In this document: in pieces, positions 45,963 to 56,038 of the stretch
How positions within the stretch are numbered: position 1 is the stretch's first letter
Layout of the letters: each line of letters starts with the position of its first letter
DNA from: a virus
Lineage: Duplodnaviria > Caudoviricetes
Length of the DNA stretch: 62,459 bases
Reading direction: 5' to 3' (one strand)
Virus record (IMG/VR): IMGVR_UViG_3300030099_001770
Location: 1 to 62,459 of that record
The notes under the pieces: model-generated
What the model saw: the letters and a program-made list of their open reading frames with translations, nothing else
Told to the model about the DNA's origin: nothing
Database searches by the model: none
Position numbers and translations under genes: made by a program

Positions 45963-46571
45963 TTACGATACCTCTTGTAGAATACCAGCGATTAAATCAA
46001 CATTAGCCGCACTTGCGTATGCATATACCTTATCGTTTGAATTTAAAACAATCTTTTGTCCAGATACAATCTTTAGTGTTGATGATGCTGGGATTGTAAC
46101 ATCTTTTACAATGTGATATGCTTTGAAGATTACTTTTGTTCCAGCTGCAGTTCCATTTGATGCACCAGAATTTTGTGCATATGTAAATGTTGTTGCACTT
46201 GGAACAGATGCAACTTTGTATATTCCGTTTACAAATGCAGTTGTTGACCCAGTTACATGAACATAGTGTCCTACACTTAATCCGTGTGCAGAACCAGTTG
46301 TTACAGTTGCAACGTCACTTGAAGATACAATACTTGTAATTGACCCTAGAGTTGCAGAGGTGTCTTGAATAAAACAAGTAAGTGCGACACCAGCAGTTCC
46401 AGTATTGGAAGCATCAAGTTCCACCAGAATTGAGTTAACACCACTTGAACCATTGTTTGCATTGTAAACTAACTGTGGGCCTGTAGCATTATCAGTCGCA
46501 CTTCCAGTGGATTGATAAAACTCACCAGCAGTCGGAATACTTGCAAAACTGTTTACAAAGTTATTAGCCAT
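45963..46571 (-). CDS. fibre hub protein (MAN-F type) with inserted beta-domain
   Basis: MANNFVNS...VTIPASSTL....QKIVL...D......S....VD; insertion TVTTGSAHGL..G..V...G....NG.Y.V. Confidence 0.65.
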   Translation of the reverse strand: MANNFVNSFASIPTAGEFYQSTGSATDNATGPQLVYNANNGSSGVNSILVELDASNTGTAGVALTCFIQDTSATLGSITSIVSSSDVATVTTGSAHGLSVGHYVHVTGSTTAFVNGIYKVASVPSATTFTYAQNSGASNGTAAGTKVIFKAYHIVKDVTIPASSTLKIVSGQKIVLNSNDKVYAYASAANVDLIAGILQEVS

Positions 46572-46581
46572 ATTTCTTTCC

Positions 46582-47040
46582 TTATCCTAACGCAGTTGCT
46601 AGTGCGATTGAGAATCCTTCAGTAGAGATTGTACCTCCAACTGTAGGAAATGTCAAGTTCACAGAACCATTAGTTATGTTTCCACCAGTTTGTAAATTAC
46701 CAGCAGTTAATGTTCCAGAGATTGTAACTGCATTTGGTAAACCAATTGTAAGTGTTTGTCCACTTGCAACAGTCTCAATCTCATTTGTAGTACCAGCGAT
46801 GGTTAGCGATTGCGTATCTAAGTCTACTGCAAAAGTTCCACTATCACCAGCACCATCTAAGTCAGATATATTGACAGCAGTGTTCAGTAATGTAACTGCT
46901 TCTACAACATCAGTTGCAGACGCAATAATACCAGTTGCACCAGTAATACCAGCGATATCTCCAACATCAGTTGCGAGTTCATTAAACTCTACACGAAACT
47001 GTTCAAAGGTATTACTTCCTGCTACGTTTCTATCTGCCAT
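46582..47040 (-). CDS. fibre root/stalk protein with C-terminal ALG tag
   Basis: TFEQFR..FNELA..VGD N-terminus; ends GFSIALATALG. Confidence 0.65.
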   Translation of the reverse strand: MADRNVAGSNTFEQFRVEFNELATDVGDIAGITGATGIIASATDVVEAVTLLNTAVNISDLDGAGDSGTFAVDLDTQSLTIAGTTNEIETVASGQTLTIGLPNAVTISGTLTAGNLQTGGNITNGSVNLTFPTVGGTISTEGFSIALATALG

Positions 47041-47263
47041 CTTTTTCTACCAATTTTATTAAGAGAGATTTAATTTCATGCATCTCACACTTTAATATAT
47101 TTATTTCTCTTGTTGCATCTCTTAGTTCATCTTTCTGTTGTTGCAAAGTTCTTTTTCTTTGAACAGCAGCAAGATACGCACTTCTATTAGTATTTATCAC
47201 TGCCTTTGAGTGCATATCCTTTATTAAATCTGAATGACCTTCTACTGGTTTATAATCCGACAT
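47030..47263 (-). CDS. small coiled-coil virion protein downstream of the VrlC-like gene
   Basis: VEGH..L.KD..S.AVINT...Y...EIN.LK.E..EIK.LL. Confidence 0.65.
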   Translation of the reverse strand: MSDYKPVEGHSDLIKDMHSKAVINTNRSAYLAAVQRKRTLQQQKDELRDATREINILKCEMHEIKSLLIKLVEKDGR

Positions 47264-50200
47264 TATGTTGCCAATGCGATTGCTCGCAAGTCCTTAATTC
47301 TTGGTGGTTCTGAACTGTTAGTTCCTTGCATTACAATTTTAATTGATAATGCAATAAATTCATCTAGATTATTTGCAGTATATTCATACTCTTTAAAATC
47401 TGAGTCAGATAGTGATGCGTTGACAACATTATCTGGGCCACCATTTGTATTGAAGAAGTTATATCCAATCTCATCAAAGTCAGATGCGTCATCAGAACGA
47501 AGTATTTTAAACATAAGTTTAATGTCTGCACTTGCAAATCTATTTGCATCTAGAATAACTTTAATACCAGTAGCAGGAGTATCAAGTGCAACTTTTCTTG
47601 TCATATAAATTGCTTCATTACTATCACCACTTGGAAGAGTTGATGCAACAAAATCACCTTGTAGTGCAGATACACCCATATCAGCTGGAGTATTAATATT
47701 ATCAAGTCTGTTACTAAACGCAACAACTGACTTTCTATCTAAATCTACCATAGGAGATAGATTTTCCAATGACGTTTGTAAATCAATATCTAGATAAAAA
47801 GATTTCTGTCCAGCAAGTTCATTAGTTTCATTAATCTGACTTGCAATCATCCTTGGTGTATCAAAATAACAGTTTTCTCCAAGAACAATTGATTTTGCAA
47901 AAGTAGTTCCTTGAAGATTAAATGATGTTTCTGTACCAGATGGTGATGTAGCACTTGTAGTTCTTATAGCAGCAGTTATATCTGTATCTGGGAACGATAT
48001 AGTCGGAACTAAAGTTTGTGTTCCATCAATCATTGCGTTCTCAGTTGCAACTACAGAATTACCACCTTGATTTGAACTTGAAGTAGCAGCTGTTGATGTT
48101 GCAACAGTATAACTATCAATTCTAATATTTGCAAGAGCAGTATGAGTTTTATTTACTTGTGTTAGTGGTATACCATTCAATTGATATAATTCTACAGTCG
48201 CACCATTAGAGTGAGTTGCGGCTGTTCCCTCAAGTCCTCTTGTAGATGCAGTAATTGTTGTTCCAGAGATAGTACCTACAATTACCTCACTACCTATTTT
48301 AATATAGATATTTGAACCATCATTACTTGCAACAAAGTCAGAGTTTGCATTTATTGAAATACTTGTTTGTGATGTAGAACTAATTGCACCAGCAAGTGTT
48401 GTGGTAATACCAGATGATACTCCACTAATAATCACATTATTAGATGTAGAATACATATGGTGATTTGGATGATTTACTTGTACAAATGTTTGACCAGTAA
48501 TAGTTCTAATTGGGTCAACTGGAAGTGTTTGACTTGGAACAACATCATTATTTAATGTAAGTTTACCACTAGAACCAGCAACAAAACTTGCTCTATGAAT
48601 TGTAAACTTCATATCTTCATATTGATATGAATTCCAAGTTGTATTGTTTTGTGATTTAAACAACACACCCAAGTGTGGTTGTTTTGAAATCATTCTTGTA
48701 CCACCAATATCAAGTTCACCCATTCTTGAAATCCATGCAAAATAACTTTCACAAGGAGTGAAAAGAACGATACAATATTCAACTTCATCTTTGACATAAA
48801 CTGGTGCATCAAATCTAAATGTTGTAGTTGCAGTTGCATCAGCAGATAAGTTAACATTACTAATCTTTTTACTAGATACAGCTCTTGCAGCTGCCGTATC
48901 AATTGTCATTGACGTATCCGAATTGATACCAGTAACCTTACCTACAAGTGCCTGTGTATCATAGTTTTTTGTATCAGTGGATACACCAGAAGTTGTATTT
49001 CCAGCACCAGTAATAGTAATTGTGTCACCAATTTTAAGATTGTGTGTGCCAGTTAAGAAGTCAGTATTTGTACCAGTAATAGTTGTACCACCAGCACTCA
49101 TTGATACTGTACCCTTCATGTAAGGACTTAGGTACTTTCCAGCAAAAGGTAACTGTTTAATTGTTGGAAAACCATTTACAACTTCACGAATTTGACAAAG
49201 AACTGGAATATTTGCATCTTTTCTCTGGAAGAAAACATCAATCTTAGTAATCATTTCTCCACCAGATTCAGTAGCCTTAAATGTTTGTGCAAGTGGGTCA
49301 GACCCTTCTTCACCATCTTCTTCTTCTCTTTGATTTGCAAAAGTTTGTGAACGAATTAAATCTCTTCTACTTTCATTTCTAGAAGTTGCACTTGAAATAG
49401 TTCTTGTATCAGAAACATTTTGAGTTTCAATTCTACCATTTCTAGTTGCAATAATTTCTTCTTGAATATTTCTAAGAATACCAGTAGATGAGAAAATAGC
49501 TTGAGCGAATGTCTCTGGTTCTGGATTTGTAAGATTAGTTTCAGAAGAAGTTAATCTGAAAACTCTTTGTCCAGTTTTAAACTTTGGATTACCAGCAACA
49601 TTTGGGTCTGGAATAGTGAATACACCACTGACCTCTCCGTTACCGTCTGCAATAATAGAACCACCCAAAGATGCAGTAGAATAACCATTTGCATTAGGTG
49701 TTACAAAAGAACTAACATTAACTTTATCGAAGAAAGGATACATTCTGGTGACTGGTTTTAAACCTTGTGCAGTAAATGTAATATTAACACTTCTCATGAA
49801 AGGAATTAGTGCAGTAGAACGTAATCTGTCACCATCACTTTCATAATCAATTTGTGCAACCACTTGAGTATTTAAACCAGTTCTTCTTTGTCTTTGAGTA
49901 GTGGTTGTTGTAACTCTAGTAGTTGTATCTCTAAATGTATTGACTTGTGTACTCCACCAATTAAAATTTGTAGTATTAAATGTACTAGAAGAAATTTGTT
50001 GTCTTGTAGTTGAAGTACCAGACCATTGTGTCTGCCATGAGTTCCATACAGTACCCATTGCATTTCCAACTTGTGCAACCAACTGGTCAAAGTTACCCTC
50101 TTTGTTTATAATAAGAGCTGGAAGTCTGTTAACTTCAAACCACTCATCACCAGATGGATTTAGTTGACATACACCAGTCCATGTAAATGTGAGAACTGGG

Positions 50201-53200
50201 TTTAAGTTTTCAACTCTTGATGCGTAAGGTTGTTGCACTGAAACAACTTCTGTATATGGTAGAGTAATCATATCACCAGTTTTTTGATAACCATCTCCAG
50301 TTCTTTGTGCATCAGTAGTATTTTCTTCAATAAGTTTAATACCTTTCATAAAGAATTTTGGACGAAGTTCATTTCCTTGATAGTCAATTGAGTTTCTATA
50401 ATCATCATTCTGAACATCACCCACAGAGTGACCAGAGAAATTATCTACAATAAATCCAGATTTAAATCTATCAAGTCCATTCTCATCTTGAACTTGGAAT
50501 GACTGTGCATCTTTTTCTAAAAGATTTAGTGCAGTATAATATTGAAGTTGATTAATTCTTTTTTCAAGGTCACCTATATCTGCCATTGTATATCGTTTAT
50601 TTTGAGTTTTACTAAAAGTAATATCATCAATATCTAACACATATGGCGGCAGAGAAATTTCTGCAAGTAACATAGCCTTTTCTAATTTTTTAGGAAATTC
50701 TGGAGTCTCTGAAGGAACACCATTAAGAACTTTAAATAAACCAGCTTCAGTTAAAAATAATAAATCTCTTCTTCCAAGGAAAAAGTCAAAATCATATTGA
50801 AATTGTGAATTGTCTTTTGGTATTTTAATATCAGATGCACCAGTTCCAGCAAAAGACCTTGATGCAAAATCAAAAGAGGTAGATGTAACTTTATGTGTAG
50901 TCTGACTTTGAATACTAGTTGTAGTATCAATAGTTGCATCACCAACCCTTGGTCTAAAATCAACTGTGTCTCTTAGGTCAAACTCACCAGAAGGAGCTTT
51001 AACCTCTGGGTCAACTCTTGTTGAGGTATAAGTTGGAATTTCAGTATAATCTACACCAGAGTATGAGTCAACTGTAAAGAAATCACCAGTACCATGTGCA
51101 AAGTAATTACATACAATTAATAATTTTCCAACTGGAGTTGGTTTACCACCTTTTCTTACAAGTCTTGAAATATCATAAAAGTTATCTCTTTGTCCAGTGT
51201 CAAGAGTAAATCTATCTGTGATATTTTTAGACCCAGCAGTAAACGTACCTAGTGTTGCAGTTGCAGTAGAAGTTTGACCAGTGATTGTTTCATTTGAAGT
51301 AAATGATTTACCATTTGTTACAATAAATGTAATTGGATTAGTTGTATTAATGATTACTGCATTACATCCACTAATTGCACCATTAATAGTTTCACCTTTT
51401 GTAAATGTGCCTGATACACCAGTAACCGTAAACTGTGGAAGAGTTGGATTTGCACTTGCATCTTCTGAGTCAAGAACTGCAAATAGTTTATAAACATCTG
51501 CACGACCAAGTGATATTTCTTTATGTTGAGATGCAGTACCATAGGCAGGCCCTGAACCAAAGTCTGCATCAACAAGAACTAGATGACCAGATTGATTAGT
51601 TTTAGTTTTTTCAGATGCAATTGTTCTTGTTATTGTTGCAACAACTTTTACCTTTGCACCGTTTCCTAAAATTTCTGGATTAGTAATAGTAAGTGTATTT
51701 GCATTTACCACATAAGTTTGTGCAGGCGTTGTACTTGCCTCAAGGTTAATTACATCACCAGCAGCTGCTGTATTTGAACTACCACCAATTGCAGAACCAG
51801 CAGTAATAATTGTGATTACACAGTCTGTATTTGACTTTGCAGAGAAGGTTTCATTAGAACCAGCAGTTAAGTTAATTTCACCAGATGATGTTGTTGTCAC
51901 AACAAACTGTTGTCTAAATGTAACTGTAGTTTGTGGAGTTCCAGTATTTGCATCAGTTTTTAAAGTTTTAATAGTATTTTTTCTTAGTTTTCTAAGAAGA
52001 AGATTCTTTTGTTGGTCACGAAGAGTATTTCTTAATCTGATAATTTGCACAGAAGTAACAGCAGTTGCAGAGTTACTTGCAAGTGTAAGTGAAGTATTAG
52101 ATGCAATTGCATTTACTCTTGCAGTTAAATCATTACCAGAACCAGCTGCGCCAGGCACAGTGACAAAATCTCCTACTTTTAAATCAGAGGTAAATGTAGT
52201 ATTAAAACCAGTAACAGTTGCATTAGAACCATTCATAGAAACATTACCACCAAGTGTTAGAGATGTATCTAATACTAAGTCAGCGGTAAAGTCTGCACCA
52301 GTATTAGGTGAATTCATAAACAATGATTTGACATCATCAAAGTTTCTTGTTGTAATAGATGAAACTGTAACAGCTGCACCACCAGAGTTTTCTATAAACT
52401 GACTTGCATTATTAGAAACTGTTTGTGAAGATGAAATAAGGTTTTCACCAACATTAAAGTTACCAGAGACAGTAATTAATTGAATTAAATTATTAACAGC
52501 ACTATGAACAAATCCAGTTGCACCAGAAGATGCACCAGTAATTTTTGAACCTTGTGCTACTCCATTTGGACTTCCAGCAAAGTTTGCACTAATTTGGATT
52601 TGTGTAAACATACGAATATCAAAAAGATATGCGTTGAATATTGCATCAGAGTCGGATGCATTAGATAACGTATCATTCGTTGTATTACCAGATGCGTGTT
52701 CAAATGCACGAGCTCTTGCGACTCCCACTGGTGAGTTTGGAGTGCTTCCTCTAGAACTATTTTTTATACTATGAAGTTCTACTGCACGATATGGTTCTGC
52801 GACTTCACCAGAAATAAATGGTGAGAGGTCTGGAGTACCAAACACATTAGTTACTTTTGTAAAATTACCAACCTCTACATTTGTAATAGCAGAGTCAAAA
52901 TTCTGTGTAGTTCTAGGTTTAATTAAATCTAGGTAAGTTGGAACAATTGTTTCAATTTCATAACCACGAACATAGGCCTTGCCTGGGTCAACTTGAACAG
53001 TTGCAAGGTCACTAGATGGGGTATTACCACCATCAGTGGTTTGACCAGTTGCATATACACCTTCATTAGTTCCGTCATCTAAAGCTTCTTTAATGTCAAT
53101 ACCAAAAGAACGAACTGTATAGTTTCCAGATTCATCAAAAGTTCTTCTTGCAATATTTTCATTAAAAATATTATAATCAGTTTTGTCAACTAATCTTTCA

Positions 53201-54063
53201 ACAACACCATTTTTCAATCTCATCAGTTCAATGAAATTTTCATCATCTGTAGAACCTAACTCTAATTTATCTAAAGTTAGTGTAATTTGTAATCTGTGAG
53301 CACCCTTTGCATTAACATTTGAAGAACCAGCTGCATTATCTAAAAGAGTTGTATCTGCTTCTGGTGTTACTAATGTTTCTGCAACAGTAAGACCAACACG
53401 ATAAGATGGAATATTACTATATTTGTCAAGAATAATTCTTTGTGCTGGTACACGAACAAATTGTCCACGAACAAAATACACACCCTCTTCAATACTTGCA
53501 GAAGACCCTACATCTGTGCCACCAGTGGTTAAAAGAGTTGAAGAGTTGTTCCCAGAACTAAATGAACTAATTGCAACATCAGCTGAAATACTTTCTCCAT
53601 TAACAAATTCTACAGTTTGGTTTGCAACCGAAGCACCAGTTGTACCAGTTGCATTTGCAGTAGTTGTTGCAGTTGTTAAATATTTTACATAAAGAGTTGG
53701 TGCATCAGTTGTGGTTGCAGCTGATACTTGAATAACTCTTGCAGTAATACCAGAGATATTACCAGTAATTATCGAACCAACGTATGAGTCAAGATATCCA
53801 GAAATAGATGCAGAATTAAATGTAGATTGTAATTTTACAGCATAATAATTATTTGTAAAACCAATCTGGCCTGGGATGACCATAGACCCTTCTTTAAAAA
53901 AGTGTCTACCATGTCTTTCAATTTGATTCTGCATAATTGATTGCAGAGTCGTAAGTTCTCTTGCCTGAACTGCAAAGCCCGGCCTAAAAAGAACTCTATG
54001 AAACTGGTCTGCTGGGTCAAAATCATCATAATATGGTGATACGTTTAAATCGGTTTTTTGCAT
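47263..54063 (-). CDS. large baseplate-associated structural protein (VrlC/DUF4815-like)
   Basis: DLNVSPYYDDFD...LFRPG.AVQARELT.LQS, ARRTFDESGNY, KAYVRGYE, DPLAQTF, PRIKDLRAIALA. Confidence 0.88.
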   Translation of the reverse strand: MQKTDLNVSPYYDDFDPADQFHRVLFRPGFAVQARELTTLQSIMQNQIERHGRHFFKEGSMVIPGQIGFTNNYYAVKLQSTFNSASISGYLDSYVGSIITGNISGITARVIQVSAATTTDAPTLYVKYLTTATTTANATGTTGASVANQTVEFVNGESISADVAISSFSSGNNSSTLLTTGGTDVGSSASIEEGVYFVRGQFVRVPAQRIILDKYSNIPSYRVGLTVAETLVTPEADTTLLDNAAGSSNVNAKGAHRLQITLTLDKLELGSTDDENFIELMRLKNGVVERLVDKTDYNIFNENIARRTFDESGNYTVRSFGIDIKEALDDGTNEGVYATGQTTDGGNTPSSDLATVQVDPGKAYVRGYEIETIVPTYLDLIKPRTTQNFDSAITNVEVGNFTKVTNVFGTPDLSPFISGEVAEPYRAVELHSIKNSSRGSTPNSPVGVARARAFEHASGNTTNDTLSNASDSDAIFNAYLFDIRMFTQIQISANFAGSPNGVAQGSKITGASSGATGFVHSAVNNLIQLITVSGNFNVGENLISSSQTVSNNASQFIENSGGAAVTVSSITTRNFDDVKSLFMNSPNTGADFTADLVLDTSLTLGGNVSMNGSNATVTGFNTTFTSDLKVGDFVTVPGAAGSGNDLTARVNAIASNTSLTLASNSATAVTSVQIIRLRNTLRDQQKNLLLRKLRKNTIKTLKTDANTGTPQTTVTFRQQFVVTTTSSGEINLTAGSNETFSAKSNTDCVITIITAGSAIGGSSNTAAAGDVINLEASTTPAQTYVVNANTLTITNPEILGNGAKVKVVATITRTIASEKTKTNQSGHLVLVDADFGSGPAYGTASQHKEISLGRADVYKLFAVLDSEDASANPTLPQFTVTGVSGTFTKGETINGAISGCNAVIINTTNPITFIVTNGKSFTSNETITGQTSTATATLGTFTAGSKNITDRFTLDTGQRDNFYDISRLVRKGGKPTPVGKLLIVCNYFAHGTGDFFTVDSYSGVDYTEIPTYTSTRVDPEVKAPSGEFDLRDTVDFRPRVGDATIDTTTSIQSQTTHKVTSTSFDFASRSFAGTGASDIKIPKDNSQFQYDFDFFLGRRDLLFLTEAGLFKVLNGVPSETPEFPKKLEKAMLLAEISLPPYVLDIDDITFSKTQNKRYTMADIGDLEKRINQLQYYTALNLLEKDAQSFQVQDENGLDRFKSGFIVDNFSGHSVGDVQNDDYRNSIDYQGNELRPKFFMKGIKLIEENTTDAQRTGDGYQKTGDMITLPYTEVVSVQQPYASRVENLNPVLTFTWTGVCQLNPSGDEWFEVNRLPALIINKEGNFDQLVAQVGNAMGTVWNSWQTQWSGTSTTRQQISSSTFNTTNFNWWSTQVNTFRDTTTRVTTTTTQRQRRTGLNTQVVAQIDYESDGDRLRSTALIPFMRSVNITFTAQGLKPVTRMYPFFDKVNVSSFVTPNANGYSTASLGGSIIADGNGEVSGVFTIPDPNVAGNPKFKTGQRVFRLTSSETNLTNPEPETFAQAIFSSTGILRNIQEEIIATRNGRIETQNVSDTRTISSATSRNESRRDLIRSQTFANQREEEDGEEGSDPLAQTFKATESGGEMITKIDVFFQRKDANIPVLCQIREVVNGFPTIKQLPFAGKYLSPYMKGTVSMSAGGTTITGTNTDFLTGTHNLKIGDTITITGAGNTTSGVSTDTKNYDTQALVGKVTGINSDTSMTIDTAAARAVSSKKISNVNLSADATATTTFRFDAPVYVKDEVEYCIVLFTPCESYFAWISRMGELDIGGTRMISKQPHLGVLFKSQNNTTWNSYQYEDMKFTIHRASFVAGSSGKLTLNNDVVPSQTLPVDPIRTITGQTFVQVNHPNHHMYSTSNNVIISGVSSGITTTLAGAISSTSQTSISINANSDFVASNDGSNIYIKIGSEVIVGTISGTTITASTRGLEGTAATHSNGATVELYQLNGIPLTQVNKTHTALANIRIDSYTVATSTAATSSSNQGGNSVVATENAMIDGTQTLVPTISFPDTDITAAIRTTSATSPSGTETSFNLQGTTFAKSIVLGENCYFDTPRMIASQINETNELAGQKSFYLDIDLQTSLENLSPMVDLDRKSVVAFSNRLDNINTPADMGVSALQGDFVASTLPSGDSNEAIYMTRKVALDTPATGIKVILDANRFASADIKLMFKILRSDDASDFDEIGYNFFNTNGGPDNVVNASLSDSDFKEYEYTANNLDEFIALSIKIVMQGTNSSEPPRIKDLRAIALAT

Positions 54064-54066
54064 TGT

Positions 54067-55575
54067 TTAGAATTCCACTACGACTTTAATATCCTCTGTT
54101 TGGTCTGAGGCTCTTGAGATTGCTCTTCTGTTTTCCACATAGATTATCTCACCAGTATCCCTTGAAAGTTCTGGCACTGCATACCCACTTGCAAACACAA
54201 CACCGTTTGTAGTTCCAGATGTTGCAACTGAAGGAGTAAACACTGCACTAGAAGAACCACCAGTTACAGCATTCGCACCAGAAAATGCAGTCAGATTACC
54301 AGATGAATCTAATCCATATGAAGAATATTTTTCTTGAACATAATATAATATTCTGTTTGTACTATCCCACTCAATTACACGACCTTGAGCACCAGTTGAT
54401 GCCTGTGTAATTAATTCATCTACTTGATATGTTCCACTTCCACCAGATGCCATAATAATTGCATTGGTAGTTCTTGCAGTTGCTAAATTAGCAACATTAC
54501 CAGTTGCAGAGTCTTTTGGGTCTTTTACAATACCAACTCTTCTAAAATCATTTACTTGCACCACATCAGCATCTGCTGGTTCAAACTTAGATTGTAACAT
54601 CACAAAATGACCACCAAGTTCTTCAATATCATCAGTTCCATGTCCAGAAGGTGGGTCAATAATTGCTTTGATAGAACCAGCTGTCGCATTATTCCATGCA
54701 GTTAAAGTTGCACCAGAGATTAAAGTTGTACAGTTTGCATCAGTATAAATGTTAGTTCCAGCAATATCAAAGGTTGCAAAGGAATATCCAGTTCCATTTG
54801 CTTGCATATATGAAGTTGTTGATAATGCATTATTACCAAACTCTTGAATAGCACCACCAGATACTACTAGTTTTGCTTTTGCATTACCGTCACCATCTCC
54901 TCTAAGTTTTGTATAAAAAGTTCCGTTTGGATATGATGAACCACCAGATGTTACCATGAATACATACACACCTCTATTTGCATCTGCATTTGCGTTTACC
55001 TTAACAGGCATAAAGTCAGTTGTCAAGTAGTTTTGCACTTCAGTAGTATTCATTGTATACAAGTATTTTATATAATAATTGTTGTCTTGCCAGAATGGTG
55101 CGTTATTTGTTGAAGTTGGTTCTGAACCAGAAATGTTACCAGCTCCAGTTTGTAACTGGTCACCATTATAAAGAACTTTGTAAACCTTGTGGTCACTAGT
55201 CTTAAAATAGAATGTTGAGTCAAATAGATTTGTCGCACCACTTGAACTTGTAGTTTTTGTAGTTCCATAATTACCAGTAGACACTCCCCCAATATCATGT
55301 CTATACATATCAAATGCTGTTGTAGTTGCAAAGTCTCTACGAGGGATTACAAAAGATTTTGAAGAAATTAGTTTTGCAGCCAACATATCATCCCAATAAT
55401 ATGATTCTGGTGCAACACTATCTACTGGTGTTGGTGGGTTATTATCTGTAGTCGCACCCTCAGAAGTCCAAGGTTGTGATTTTCCCACAAACATATAATA
55501 TTTACTAGAAGTCACATCAGCAGAAAATGCATCTGCGTTGGACTGTCTAAATTTTTCTGTAATAATTGCCGCCAT
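54067..55575 (-). CDS. gp8: baseplate wedge subunit
   Basis: AIIT..FR..NA..F, PP.P.DS, VYK.LYN, GEIIYVENR..I.RA.DQTEDIK.V.EF. Confidence 0.9.
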   Translation of the reverse strand: MAAIITEKFRQSNADAFSADVTSSKYYMFVGKSQPWTSEGATTDNNPPTPVDSVAPESYYWDDMLAAKLISSKSFVIPRRDFATTTAFDMYRHDIGGVSTGNYGTTKTTSSSGATNLFDSTFYFKTSDHKVYKVLYNGDQLQTGAGNISGSEPTSTNNAPFWQDNNYYIKYLYTMNTTEVQNYLTTDFMPVKVNANADANRGVYVFMVTSGGSSYPNGTFYTKLRGDGDGNAKAKLVVSGGAIQEFGNNALSTTSYMQANGTGYSFATFDIAGTNIYTDANCTTLISGATLTAWNNATAGSIKAIIDPPSGHGTDDIEELGGHFVMLQSKFEPADADVVQVNDFRRVGIVKDPKDSATGNVANLATARTTNAIIMASGGSGTYQVDELITQASTGAQGRVIEWDSTNRILYYVQEKYSSYGLDSSGNLTAFSGANAVTGGSSSAVFTPSVATSGTTNGVVFASGYAVPELSRDTGEIIYVENRRAISRASDQTEDIKVVVEF

Positions 55576-55608
55576 TGTTTTTCCCTATAAAGTTATTTAT
55601 TCATACTG

Positions 55609-56028
55609 TTAAGATGGTTTAGTTGGCCATTTAACATCATCAAGAGTTTTATATGTCTTTGTAATATCACGAAGCTCTTGACGATATTTTTTCATCTCAT
55701 CAGACATCACTACGTCTGAATTTGAAGTCCAATCTGTTTCTGCGAGTTTTCTAGTTCTTTCTTTTCGTAAATCATGTAATTTATTTCTTGCAGATGCTTC
55801 TGCAACAACATCTTGAACTTGTTTCCATGTTAATTTTTGGTCTGCATGATATAACTGATTACCGTCTTTATCTTCACCATTTAACCAACGAATATTTTTA
55901 TTGTACTCTTCTTCATTAGTAGGAAGACCATTAATAAAAGAAAAATCTTCTTCTATTTTATGCTTCTCTTTTGCAACTGCAATTGCGTGTAAGATATTGT
56001 TTTCCATTTCATCAACATTAAAATTCAT
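55609..56028 (-). CDS. tail fibre assembly chaperone
   Basis: LR.ER...LAETDW...YRQELRDIT...VKWPTKP. Confidence 0.75.
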   Translation of the reverse strand: MNFNVDEMENNILHAIAVAKEKHKIEEDFSFINGLPTNEEEYNKNIRWLNGEDKDGNQLYHADQKLTWKQVQDVVAEASARNKLHDLRKERTRKLAETDWTSNSDVVMSDEMKKYRQELRDITKTYKTLDDVKWPTKPS

Positions 56029-56038
56029 AATTCATCTC

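Noticed and set aside
23132-47040. Diversity-generating retroelement or invertase shufflon driving tip diversity
   Set aside because: No reverse transcriptase or recombinase in the window, no template/variable repeat pair seen, and all tips lie on one strand without flanking inverted repeats.
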